DNA from: Phaeosaccion multiseriatum | Taxonomy: Eukaryota; Protista; Ochrophyta, other classes | Reading direction: 5' to 3' | DNA length: 64,000 bases | NCBI GenBank assembly: GCA_965112735.1 | Contig: OZ218962.1 | Location: forward strand, 1,302,001-1,366,000 | In this document: in pieces, positions 35,801-46,763 of the stretch | Layout of the letters: each line of letters opens with the position of its first letter | Position numbering within the stretch: the stretch's first letter is position 1 | The notes under the pieces: model-generated | Database searches by the model: none | Seen by the model: the letters and a program-made list of their open reading frames with translations, nothing else | What the model was told of the DNA's origin: nothing | Position numbers and translations under genes: made by a program

Positions 35801-38800
35801 ACACACCGAAGAGGCTGGCTAAGAACCACATGAGGCGGTGCGTCTTGGAGAGATGAAGGTTCTCCCACACCATGGAGTTAGGCTCTTGCGCCTCTGTGAT
35901 GTTCAGCACCTGTTGGTGATTCGGGGGTGGTGATGTAATGCAAATGTCACACGACGGATGGCAGTGGATGGACGATGGCGAGTGAGTGAGTTAATGAAGA
36001 GTACTCGAGGTCGAGAGAGAGAAAGAGAGAGGACCGCCGGGGGGGGGGGGGGGGGGGGAAGAGAGGGAGAGATAGAGAGGGAGGGAGAGAGAGAGAGAGA
36101 AGGGAGAGAGCCCTTCTCACCTTGCCCTCGAACACGCTTTTGGTGTTACTCTCGCGATGCTGGTTGAACTTCCTCTCCAGAATGCCTGGCAGGGAGGGAG
36201 GGACGGAGGGACGGAGGGAAGGGAGGCGGTGATGAAGGAAGGTATCTTGGTGGGCCCCGTCTCAGGGGGGATTGAGGCAAGGAAAAGATGCGACCTTCAA
36301 TTCGTACAGAAAAAGACACAGAGGCAGACAGACAGTCAGACAGGTAGGTTCGGTCCTGACACCCACCCGCCTTTCAATCTCTGAGGCAGCGGCGTTGGAG
36401 GACCTTCCTGTCCTCACACTCTCTGTCCTGACACCCACCCGTCTCGCAGTCTCTGATGCAGCGGCGCTGAGACACCTCCTTGTTGAAGGTGATGCACACA
36501 CGCCTGGGGGAGAAGTCCTGTGTTTTCAGGCCCTGGGGATGGCAGTGGATGGGGAAATGATGGGTTAAAGCATGGCAGTTGATGGAGGTTGCGGGATGAT
36601 ACAGCTGGCGACGGAGAGTGGGGTAACAGCGGATGGGAGAGGAGAGGATGGCAGTGGAGGGGAACGCGCACGCAGCATAGCGTTTACGTACTACACACTC
36701 ACGGAGAATACAATATAATACGTACTGCTTACGTAATGCTTACGTACGTACCACGATCCTGGCCTCGACGACCTTCAAGGCCCCCTCCAGATACTCCACG
36801 GTCTCAAAGTAACCGAAGGGCTGAAGCCTTCGCTTCCACATCGGCATGAGGGCTTGCGTCTTTACACGGCTCTTCTTCGCCTTCGCGACCTGGAGTGGGT
36901 GTCAGGACCGTGGGTGGGTGGGTGTCAGGACAGTGAGTGATTTGCACCCCCTGTCAGGACAGTGGGTGGGTGTCAGGACAGTGGATGGATGGGTGTCAGG
37001 ACAGTGGGTGTCGGGGAAAATTGTGGCAGGACCGTGAGTAACCCCGCCCCCCCCCCACCCACTGTCCTGACACCCACCTTCTCTGCCTCCCTGTCCGTCA
37101 CGGTCCGCAGTGACACAGCCTCTCCAGGGCGTGGAGCCAGAGTACCGTCACGGCTGCCGAAGGAGGGAGGGAGGGAGGGAGGGAGGGAGAGAGAGCGGGA
37201 GGGAGGGAGGGAGGGAGGGAGGGAGGGAGAGAGAGCGGGAGAGCGGGAGGGGACATGAGAGAGGAAAGAGAGAGAGGAGAGAGAGAGGAGAGGGTCAGTG
37301 GGACACACCATGAGGGAGGGAGGGAGGGAGAGGGAGAGATCGACAGTGGGACACACAAACAAGGGAGGACGAGAGAGAGGTACATATATACAGAGAAAAA
37401 CACAGAGCAAACGGGGGGGGAGAGGGTCACCCACTACGGCTGTGAGAAACCAAGAATTAAGTCAGCGAGACACCCACCCTACCCATATACCTGGCCTTGG
37501 CTCGGTTGAGGAACGCCTTCATGCTGATGAGCTTGTGCTCGATCACTCTCTTACGGGCAAGGGCCTAACAAGGGAAAATATGCAGGGGCATACGGGAGGG
37601 TAGGGAGTTAGAAGCATATGGGGGAGAATCGGAAGCGTATGGGAGAGAATTAGAGGCACACGAAGAATCAGAGGCCTCTTCCCCCAGGCCAAGCGAACGC
37701 ACGCACACACGCACGCACGCACGCACGCGCGTACGCACTTTGATCAGCTCTCCGTTGTTCAGCGCGATGGTTACAAACACGATTTCACCTAGGGTGGCGG
37801 TGGATGGGATGGCAGTGGATGGAAGTGGCCGTGACCGGTTACGGATGGATGGATGGAGGAGGGGTGTGTGTGGCAGGGGGTAGGGTGGACAGAGGGGACA
37901 CGAGGGACGTCGGCTGCGATTGAGCAAGCAAGGACAGCAGAAAGGCAAATGTAGTGAAAGAGTGGATGGATGTATGGCAGTGGACGGATGGCAGTGGATG
38001 GCTCACGCAAACGTCCTATCGTAAACCCCCGAAACGGAACCACTAACCCGTGCTTCTTGTACTTGTCGGGGTCAATAATGTCGTAAATGTGAATGGTCAC
38101 AGAGTAATCCTGGGGGGTCTGAGGGTGGGTGGGTGTCAGGACAGGGAGTGGGTGGGCGTCAGGACAGAGGGTGGGCGGGTGTCAGGACAGATTTATGAGT
38201 GGGTGGGTGGTGGCCCTGGCTGCTTACACCTTTTCATCACTTACCTCACTCTCCTTCATGCAGTTGATATCCTTTGCCTCTTGGGGCGAGAGGTGCTTAG
38301 CTAGTCTATTATGGGTGAGGCCAATGTTGGTCATGGCTGGTACCTTGCTTCACAACAGGCAGGCCACCCCAGCCTTGATCATCCCTCATGCCGTCACTTT
38401 GTGCACTGACCAGCCAAGGCTCAAATGAGGGGCAGTCATTCTGCTGAAGGGCGTCGTCCTTCGGTTGTGTACTGGACACAACCGGCCACGTTGAATAGTC
38501 TTGGCTGGCTGTGAAGGGGGGGAGAGAAAAAAAGCAACTCGCCCCAGCCACTCGCTCGCGGAGGAGGTAAAGAAATCAAGAGGTTGGCCATGCCCCGTTC
38601 TCTTTGCCCGCTGCCGTGCATCATCTCCACGGCATGCCGCCCAAAACTCGGTGAATACTCTCGGCTGCTGGTAGTCTCCAACTTTCTTCTAGTAATCAGA
38701 GCCTCAGCAGGGCCGGGGCGGGGGAGGAAACGAAAATAGCCGTCGAGTGCCATCGGCCGTCGTCGGACTCCTGCTCTTGCTTCCTAGGTTTCGAGCACTG

Positions 38801-38879
38801 CAAGTCTTAGCGGATGAGGCAGGGAGTGTTTGAGCAGGAGCTGTCATCATTGGCTGGAGGAAAAGTGAGGGTCAGGCCA

Positions 38880-39990
38880 AGCTTCTTGTGATGTACTGTG
38901 GTGAGCTTGTCATGAATACTAAAGGGACTTCGAGCGTGACGCAGTGGAGCGACCAGCTCATATCATATCCAGTGCTCATCAGAGTCCCCAGCCTGGGGCC
39001 AGCCGAATCAGCAGAGGATGCGCAGATTCTTTCAGCCGGTGCGTCAGGGGCGGAAGCCAGCAGCAGTGAGAAAAGAAAGAAAAGGGAGAAGAAGAGAGAA
39101 AAAGAAAAGAGAAGGAAGGCATCCCTTTTCAAGAAGAAGGAAGAGGACGGAATTTGGGGATGACGTGCTTCTCTTGGGGCTTTCGTAAGGGGAGACGATT
39201 CGCGTATCAAGCAAGGAAGCCACCAGCCAGCAGAGGTTTCATGAGGCAGCTGGGTTCAACGAATGCCATCCGTCCCCACATGGTTGTCCCTTCCATGAAG
39301 AGGACTGCGCAGGTGGTGCGTACTTCTAATTCTTCTACTTGCTCTGCAGCTGCTGCTGCGACGCCGAGGCAGTCCAGTCTATGCGTGCTGCAAAGCCCAG
39401 CAAGGCGTCTGACATGGCTGCCTGAGGCCGAGGACACCACAGACTCAGGTGAGAGTACCGCAGCAGCTTTCTTTAATGTGCAGTGTTCATTCATCTTGCT
39501 CACCACCTTGCGTCGTTGCTTCTTTTCGGCTCCTTGAGGCTCAGGCCATGGTCCCGGAGCAACACATTGCAAAAGGTGAGTACACAAGGGATGGAAAAAG
39601 GGAAAAAAATTCCTACATTTCGAGGGATATGGAGAGAAAGAAGGGGAGCCCCGCATGATGGACAAAGCAACGTTCAAGACGCGCACCCTATGGTCAGTGA
39701 AGCTCCTCGTCTTCGTCATCGCAATGAGGGCCTGGCATTGGTCTGTTGGCGCATTTGTCGTGCCCGAGTCGCCCGAGGAGAACCAGAGGTTTGACTCTGT
39801 GCGAGACGCAAAGGGACAGCCTCGTCTTGGACACGATGGGTCCGTTTCTCAACGCACGGCTCTACACTGACATGACTTTTGAAATTGTCATTGTGCCGGT
39901 GCCCCCGTGCAAGAGAAGGGATCCAACCTTCCCCTACTTGCGGGGACTGACCAGCTTGACCACTTCTACAACTTACGTCCAGTGTAGACG
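38880..39990 (+). pseudogene. Possible degenerate Ulp1/SENP (C48) peptidase-like remnant
   Basis: TLWSVKLLVFVIAMRAWHWSVGAFVVP resembles the C48 His motif (LF..DLIFVPIN..HWSL). Multiple stops; catalytic Cys motif not seen. Confidence 0.25.
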
Positions 39991-41289
39991 CCTTTGATCC
40001 GTGTGGGCTCTCTGCACTCAAGTCTTCCAAGTGCTATGAGAGCCGAGGAAGGAATAAGAGGAAGGGGGTGCGGCGGCTGGGGACTATCCAGGCCTAACTA
40101 TGCCGAGATAGGGTTGAAGGCGGGTGGGCGGGTTGTTGGGGGGTGTTCTTTTTTGCATTGGGATAGCTAATAGGCTAAGGGAGGGCCACACCTAGCTAAC
40201 ATGAGACATCTTATATTCTTAGTCTATTTGGCTCCCTTTCCCCCCCCTGGTGTAGCTCAAGCCGCTGAGCCTGATGGGCTGAGCCAAAAATAGGCCTAGG
40301 CCGGCCGAATTTCGGGACTGGCTGAGGTTGCTGACCTGCGTTCTAGAATGCTGCCTCGCCCTCGCCTTGTCGGTATGTGACAGATGGAAGAGAACAAGGC
40401 TGCTTGCTTACTGCAGCCACTCCAATGAGCAAGGAGGAGACAAGTAAAGGGAGGGGGAGGCAGCACGGACACTGGTGGCACTGGGCAGCTGATCTGAGGT
40501 TCTGTCTGGAGTGGACGAGTTGGTGGTATCGTGCAGTGGATGGGGCAGCTTGTGATTTCAAGAGAGGGAGATTTATGTTTAGCTAATTTTTCCGCTTATT
40601 GCAGGAGTGGGGGCAAGGAAGGCCACGCCCATGAGGCTGGAGCGGGGAGGGAATGAGGTAAAACGAGAAGCAACAGCCAGAGCTAAGATTACATATTTAT
40701 ATCAAAGGAACCTCACTTGCGAAGCGTGGAAAGGACAGTCGCCGCACTCTTGTGCCCTGTGGTGCGACTGCCCTCCTGCTCAGAGTCATCACAAGGCCCC
40801 ATCATCGTATCGGGAGGTGACATCTCGGGACAAGAATGGGGCATAATCCCCCGGCTGCCTTGTTCACAGAGTTATGAGGTGCGATGAGGTGCGAGCAGTG
40901 CGAGAGCCTGGGAGGCGTAGGCGCGCTCTCAGAGGCCCGGCAGCACCCCTCCCTCTCACTGCACTGCGATAACAATGTCTGCAGTGGCCCGTCGTTGTCA
41001 AGTAATGAATGGAGCGGGCAGAGCTTCCGATGACTCCTGAGCCACCTGGGATGTGGGACAGACCACACACCCCAGACAACCAACAAGCAAGGGGTTCTTA
41101 TCCTATGTTGAGCGTGTATTTGCTTTCCTTAATCTCACTTCCCTATCTATCCTCCTCCTGCGACATGCCGTTCATATAAGGCTCGAGTTCCCCAACTGGC
41201 GACAATCCGGATTCGAACATACCAAACACCTTTGAGACTCCACACTCCCGTCCAGCCACGATATCCACTGTGTGCTGCATGCCATGAGC

Positions 41290-42792
41290 TCAATAATCGC
41301 CGAGTTCATCATCATCTTCTTCCTCCTCTTCCTCCTCCGACTCGATCTCGTACTCGGCCTCGTGGTATATGTGGATCGAAAGCCCCTCCGGTCGATCAGC
41401 AGGCAGACGATAGTTGTCACCAACGGTTAGCTCCGTGAGGCCAGCAGGCAGCTTCTCAGTGGGGCAGGTATTGTTCCGTCCAAGCTTGAGAATCCGGAGC
41501 GAAGCAGGCAGCTCCAGAGGGAGGTTAAAGTTCCACCCCATGTGCACCTCCTCCACACCGCAAGGAAGGACCACGTGCTGATTGAATTTGTCGCCAAATC
41601 TGATCACCTTCAGCGTGGCAGGCAGCTCCAAAGGGAGGGTAAAGTCCCTACCCATGTGCACCTCCTCCACACCGCAAGGAAGGACCACGTGCTGATTGCA
41701 CCTTGCGCCAAATGCGATCTTCTTCAGCGAGGCAGGCAGCTCCAAAGGGAGGTTAAAGTTGTGCCCCATCTCCACCTCCTCCACACCGCAAGGAAGGACC
41801 ACGTGCTGATTGAAGCCATCGCTAAACTTGATCTTCTTCAGCGAGGCAGGCAGCTCCAAAGGGAGGTCGAAGAAATGCCCCATGTCCACCTCCTCCACAC
41901 CGCAAGGAAGGACCACGTGCTGATTGAAGCTTCTGCCAAATCTGATCTTCTTCAGTGAGGCAGGCAGCTCCACAGGGAGGTTAAAGTCCCCCAACACCAT
42001 CTGCACCTCCTCCACACCGCAAGGAAGGACCACGTGCTGATTGAACTTCGAGAATATAAACCTGATCTTCTTGAGCGAAGCGGGGAGATCCAGCAGAGGG
42101 AGGTTAAAGTCCTGCCCCACCTGCACCTCCTCCATACCGCAAGGAAGGACCACGTGCTGATTGAATTTCTTGCCAAATGTGATCTTCTTCAGCGAGGCAG
42201 GCAGCTCCAAAGGGAGGTTGAAGTCCCGCCCCATCTGCACCTCCTCCACGGTTCTTGGTAACGTGATGTTAGCTTGGTTGAAATTGTCCGAGAAACACAC
42301 ACGCTTGACCGATGCCGGTAATAGCGCCAACGCCTTCGTGACCAGAGCTTCGTCAGCGGAGGCCAGATCGAGACCATGAAAGTAGCTCCTGCTGGGGCCC
42401 AGACGCACAGCCGCAATGCCGAACGTGCGTCTTGGTTTGCCTCCCCCCATGCCTCCCTCTCCTTCTCCACTGCCAATGGCCCCCACCTCTGCCGCCAGAG
42501 ATGGTGAAGAACGAGTGTGCTTCTCCTCTTCCCGCTGCTGCCACCGGAGGAGACCGAGCATATGCTGTTGGACAGGGTCGGGCACAGCGCAATTCAGCAC
42601 GAGAGTACGTGATGTCACCTCGTCGAGGGCCCGGCTGACTCCCCAAAGTTCCTTGCTCTGCAGTACGGTATCGAGAACACCCCAGGCCGCTACAGTCTGG
42701 CTCCTGCTGTCCCCAGCTTGGGCGGTGCACGCAGTAGAGGGACCAGCGGCGCTCCGCTGCTGGGGCCGGCACTTCTCAGCGCGGCGTTTCAT
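41290..42792 (-). CDS. Intronless FNIP-type leucine-rich repeat protein with an acidic C-terminus
   Basis: Open frame from ATG 42792 (the ORF track starts at GTG 42879). About 7 units of 38 aa (FNQHVVLPCGVEEVxMGxx FNLPLELPASLKKIxFGxx) with a 114-bp nucleotide period. Confidence 0.88.
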   Translation of the reverse strand: MKRRAEKCRPQQRSAAGPSTACTAQAGDSRSQTVAAWGVLDTVLQSKELWGVSRALDEVTSRTLVLNCAVPDPVQQHMLGLLRWQQREEEKHTRSSPSLAAEVGAIGSGEGEGGMGGGKPRRTFGIAAVRLGPSRSYFHGLDLASADEALVTKALALLPASVKRVCFSDNFNQANITLPRTVEEVQMGRDFNLPLELPASLKKITFGKKFNQHVVLPCGMEEVQVGQDFNLPLLDLPASLKKIRFIFSKFNQHVVLPCGVEEVQMVLGDFNLPVELPASLKKIRFGRSFNQHVVLPCGVEEVDMGHFFDLPLELPASLKKIKFSDGFNQHVVLPCGVEEVEMGHNFNLPLELPASLKKIAFGARCNQHVVLPCGVEEVHMGRDFTLPLELPATLKVIRFGDKFNQHVVLPCGVEEVHMGWNFNLPLELPASLRILKLGRNNTCPTEKLPAGLTELTVGDNYRLPADRPEGLSIHIYHEAEYEIESEEEEEEEDDDELGDY

Positions 42793-43564
42793 TGGCTGCG
42801 CTTCTTGTTCCCTTTCGGGGGAAAGAAAAATGGCGGGGGCCCCGGTGCTGAGAGCGATGTGATAGTTGACAGCAGTCACGGCTGTAGAGGAGAAGGTGAG
42901 GTGCGGGAAGATGGCTCAAGTCCTGCGTATTCGCGTTGAAAGTTTGCTCAAGTCCTGCAATGTGGGAGCTCCCCCGAAGTCAACCTCTGTGAAGTCTGTG
43001 TTGAAGCACCAACACGCGAACTCGGTCCCTACGAGGATCCGAGATTATCGATCCGAGGAGAAATTTAGGAAGGAGAAGAGCAGGAAAAAAGCTAAATCGC
43101 GGCCGCGAAGGGGGCGGCCGCAGCAGTAGCAGCAGCTGCTGAAAGGAAAGGAGGACGTGGACCTAACATGTTTTATTTTAAAGCAAAAGAAGGAGAGTAC
43201 AGACCTTGCCGAAGAAAGAGACAGGATGAGCAGCGAGTGGTGCAAATGGAGCACCTCCAAGGGTGGGAAGATGTCAACGAACTCACTCACTAAGGCCAAT
43301 CATGGCTTTGACGGCGACTCCTCCTTTCAGGATTTCAAGAAGTGGAAGGAGCTGGAGAGAACAAGAAGGAGGCGGAGGGGAAAAAAAAACCCGTGCGGCT
43401 TCCCGCCGAAGTACGTGGTCAATACGGAAGGGAGGGAGGTGTAGATTGTGGGTTCTTTTGGATTCGTGTGCCTCTCTCCGTCCATGCCGCTCCTCTCTAT
43501 CTATGTTATCTCTCGCCCTTTCCCTCCCTCTCCTCATGTCATCATGTTACATGTCCATTGTCCA

Positions 43565-46121
43565 TGTCACACTTGGCGGCAACTGTACACACATGCGGCT
43601 CACATAATGACCACAGGAGGGGCGGAGTACGGCGTGACGGCAGAGAGCGCCACCATCGGCCTCGCGAAGGTCACGGAACGCATGCGCAAGATTCGAGGTG
43701 AGAAGGCGGAAGGCGGACAACCAACATGCATACATGTAACGGCATAGAGGCGTAGAGACTACAGGCATAGAAGCAACAGGTAAAGAGGCAAGGCAAGGCA
43801 TGAAGGCGTAGCTCTCTCTCTCTCTCTCCACCCCCTTGAGCCCCTCACGTTCCTCCCTCACCACCCCCTCCCCTCTCTGTCAGCTGGCATCTCGCACCAC
43901 GATTCTGCCGAGCGTTTCAGCAAGGACCTCGGTATCGACGTCTTGTTGGGTAGAGGCACCTTCACAGGACCCAACACATTGAGGTCAATGGCAAGACCCT
44001 CAAGTTCAAGAAGGTATGCCAATACTGGTAGTCAATAGGTGTATGTCAATGAGTTGGTGGGTGGACCAGCTGGGGTGGTGGCAATCTGTGTGAGAGGGTG
44101 AGTGAGACCGTCTTGTGGTGTAAGTGTGTCCTTCGCGGGCCACCCAAATCTGTTTGTCCTTTCCTTTTGTCTTCTCTCTCTCCCTCTCCCTCTCTCTCTC
44201 TCCTCCCCACTCCCCCCCCCCCCCGTATCTTCTCCCTTCTCGTACGCCTCCAACTACTCTCCCCCCAGGCGGTCGTCGGTACCGGTGGCACAGCGGCCCT
44301 CCCGCCCATCCCCGGTCTTGCGAGGCCCCTTACCTCACCAATAACTCCATCTTCAATCTCACCACTTTGCCCCCGAGGATGCTCGTCATTGGCGGAGGTA
44401 AGAGGCAATGCATGTGCATGCATGTATACTTCTTCAACTTCTTCTACTACTACTACTACTACTACTGCTACTCTACTACAGGTACTACTACTTTCTTTCC
44501 CCAAAGCGCGCAACGCTTCTCTCCTGCCTCGCCCTGCTCCCCTCCTCTTGCTAGTTGTGCCTGGGCCATAATCATGAACCCCACCCTGACACCCCAACCC
44601 ACCCAACACCCCCCCTAGGGCCCATCGGTCTGGAGGTTGCCCAAGCAATGCGCCGCTTCGGATCGGAAGTAACCGTGTTGGTGCGCTCTGACCAGGTAAG
44701 ACTCTCTCTCTCTCCCTCTCCCTCTCTCCTCCCATCTCTTTCCCCTCTCTGTCTCTCTCTCTCTCTCTCTCCCCTTCTCTCTCACCTCCGCACCCCTCTC
44801 TCTACCGCGGTGGGGGACTGCTGCACACCGTTTCAGTTCACGCAGCCACGTGTCGGACTTTATGGCGCGAATCGTCATTCGCAACGCGCACTTCTTCGGC
44901 AACAAGGGCAAGTTCAGGTATGCTCATGCTGTCTCATGTCATCTTACATCATCGTATCTTACTGTGGAGCGGAGGTGTGGCATCTCTGGTAATGGGTGGG
45001 AGCGGGTGGGCGCAAGGCGCGGGTGGAAATAGAGGTGACAGGCGGGCCGGCCCCGCATCCATTGGGTCTCTCGTTTCTCTTTCTCTTCTTGTTCTTTGTA
45101 CGATAAGAGATGCCGACCCATCGTACTTCCCTCCTCTCCATCTCCACTCCTCACGCCCCCACCCTCACCCCCACTCCACCCCACTCCACTCCACTCCACC
45201 TCGACTCCAATACCCCCACCCCCCTGCCCTCCCCTCCCTTCCACTCCACTCCTCTCCACCTCCACCCATTCCTTCTTCCTCTCCCCTCCACCCCCACCCC
45301 AACACCCCCACTCCACCCCACTCTACTCCACTATCAGTTCCCTGCTCATTCCCTGGGCCACCTGCACGGAGCCCGAAGTCGCACACGTGGGCCTGTACCC
45401 ACGCGATCTCGACGCGCAGGGCATCAAGTACGACACGTACTCCAAGCAACTCGCGGACGTTGATCGAGCCATCTGTGAGGGGGGCACGAGTGGATTCGTC
45501 AAGGTGCACGCGAAGGCCGGCTCGGATACCCTCCTCGGCGCCACCATTGTCGGGGCTAGTGCAGGGGACTTGATTAGTGAGCTCAGTGTGGCGATGCAGA
45601 ATGGCATTGCGATTGGGAAGCTCGCGCCGTCACCCACCCCTACCCCACGAGTAAGTTCATGCGTTGGCGGTCTATCTGCGTGTTGCGTGTCAGAGACGAG
45701 TTTCGTTTTACCTGTCTTTCCTTGTCGGTCTGTCTGTCTGTCTGTTTGTCTGTTTGTCTGTTTGTCTGTCTGTCTGTCTCTGTCTGTCTGTCTGTCTGTC
45801 TCTGTCTCTGTCTTCGTGTCTGTCTGTCAATCTCTGCCCGTCTCCTCCCCACATATACCTGCCTTTGAGCATGTGTCCCCTCTCTGTCTCCCAGTCCGGG
45901 ACCTTGGCACACTCTCACGTCACTCCGCACTCTCCCCTTGCTCCACTACCATGCACTACCATCTACCCATCCACTGCCATCCATCCATCCTCTCCCTCTC
46001 TCTCTCTCTTCAGCTGCCGAGGCTCTCCGACAGGTGGCTGCGCGACTTGTACAACAAGACACGTCTCACTCCTACCGTCAAGGGACTCTTCAGAAACCTC
46101 ATGAAGATCCAGCGGAGATGA
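43565..46121 (+). pseudogene. Class I pyridine nucleotide-disulfide oxidoreductase (mercuric reductase/LpdA-like), frameshifted and internally deleted
   Basis: LGGNC, ISHHDSAERF, PYLTNNSIFNLTTLPPRMLVIGG/GPIGLEVAQAMRRFGSEV, AVGDC, PWATCTEPEVAHVG, GATIVGASAGDLISE, HPYPT, YNKTRLTPTVK. Frame breaks at ~43980, ~44322, ~44845 and ~45625; the segment between the NAD-binding fold and AVGD is missing. Confidence 0.85.
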
Positions 46122-46130
46122 GAGACAAGA

Positions 46131-46664
46131 GACAGATGCGAGAGAGCAATGCTGCTTGCTTACTGCACTCCAACGAGCAAGGAGGAGACAAGTAAAAGGG
46201 AGAGGGAGGGAGAGAGAGGGAGCAAGGCTACTTGCTCACGGCACGGACACCGGTGACACTGGGCAGTTGATCTGAGGTTCTGTCTGGAGTGTTCGAGTTG
46301 GTGGTATGGTGCAGTGGATGGTTGTGATTTGAAGAGAGGGAAGGGAGGGAGGGATTGATGTTTAGTTTTCTTTAACGACCTGCTTCCTTCCATGTATGTA
46401 GAGGGGGAGGGAGGGGTGTAAGGAGGTACTGCATGCCACTTACTGCAGGAGTGGGGGCAAGGAAGGCCACGCCATAGCTTGCTGGCGGTGAGGGGGAGGG
46501 GAAGGGAATGAGGTAAAACGAGAAGAACAGAGCTAAGATTACATATTTATATCAAAGGAACCTCACTTGCCAAGCGTGGAAAGGAAAGTGGCCGCACTCT
46601 TGTGCAGTGTGGCGCGACTGCCCTTCTGCTCAGAGTCATCACAAGGCCCCATCATCGTATCGGG
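46131..46664. repeat. Non-coding direct repeat of 40379-40814 (3' flank of the FNIP genes)
   Basis: Shared blocks gctgcttgcttactgca..gagcaaggaggagacaagtaaa, agctaagattacatatttatatcaaaggaacctcacttgc and cacaaggccccatcatcgtatcggg. Confidence 0.92.
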
Positions 46665-46763
46665 CGGTGCCATGTAGCTGCCGCCCACACACACTCTCTC
46701 TCTCTTTCCCCGGGGGAGCGCTGCGCTGTCCTAGCTACAAAGGACACGTCTGTCTCCTAGAGC

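Larger units (their letters stand above)
30450..38510 (-). pseudogene. Multi-exon OSCA/TMEM63(CSC1)-like channel gene with C-terminal WW domains, apparently disrupted
   Basis: DYSVTI..DPD, FVTIALNNGEL, EAQEPNSMVWENL, LESHKSRTDTQSSMMLKL..RMINSA, TDMVKTIFVGLFYYSALVPTG, YSLFRLWRRAPYFDESL, FFANWPY. WW-like segments: LPDGWE/KFTADGRVYYANH (frameshift in an A-run at ~31495-31501), PPGWEAKYT and LPPGWEQRITSGG (broken after it). Confidence 0.7.

Noticed and set aside
24392-38230. TAG/TAA read as Gln (alternative genetic code) to explain in-frame stops
   Set aside because: DAW1 ends at its expected C-terminus with TAG, intact genes contain no in-frame TAR, and the affected genes also have frameshifts.
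43157-43444. Short ORF upstream of the oxidoreductase as its N-terminus
   Set aside because: It lacks the FAD-binding GxGxxG motif and no family was recognised.
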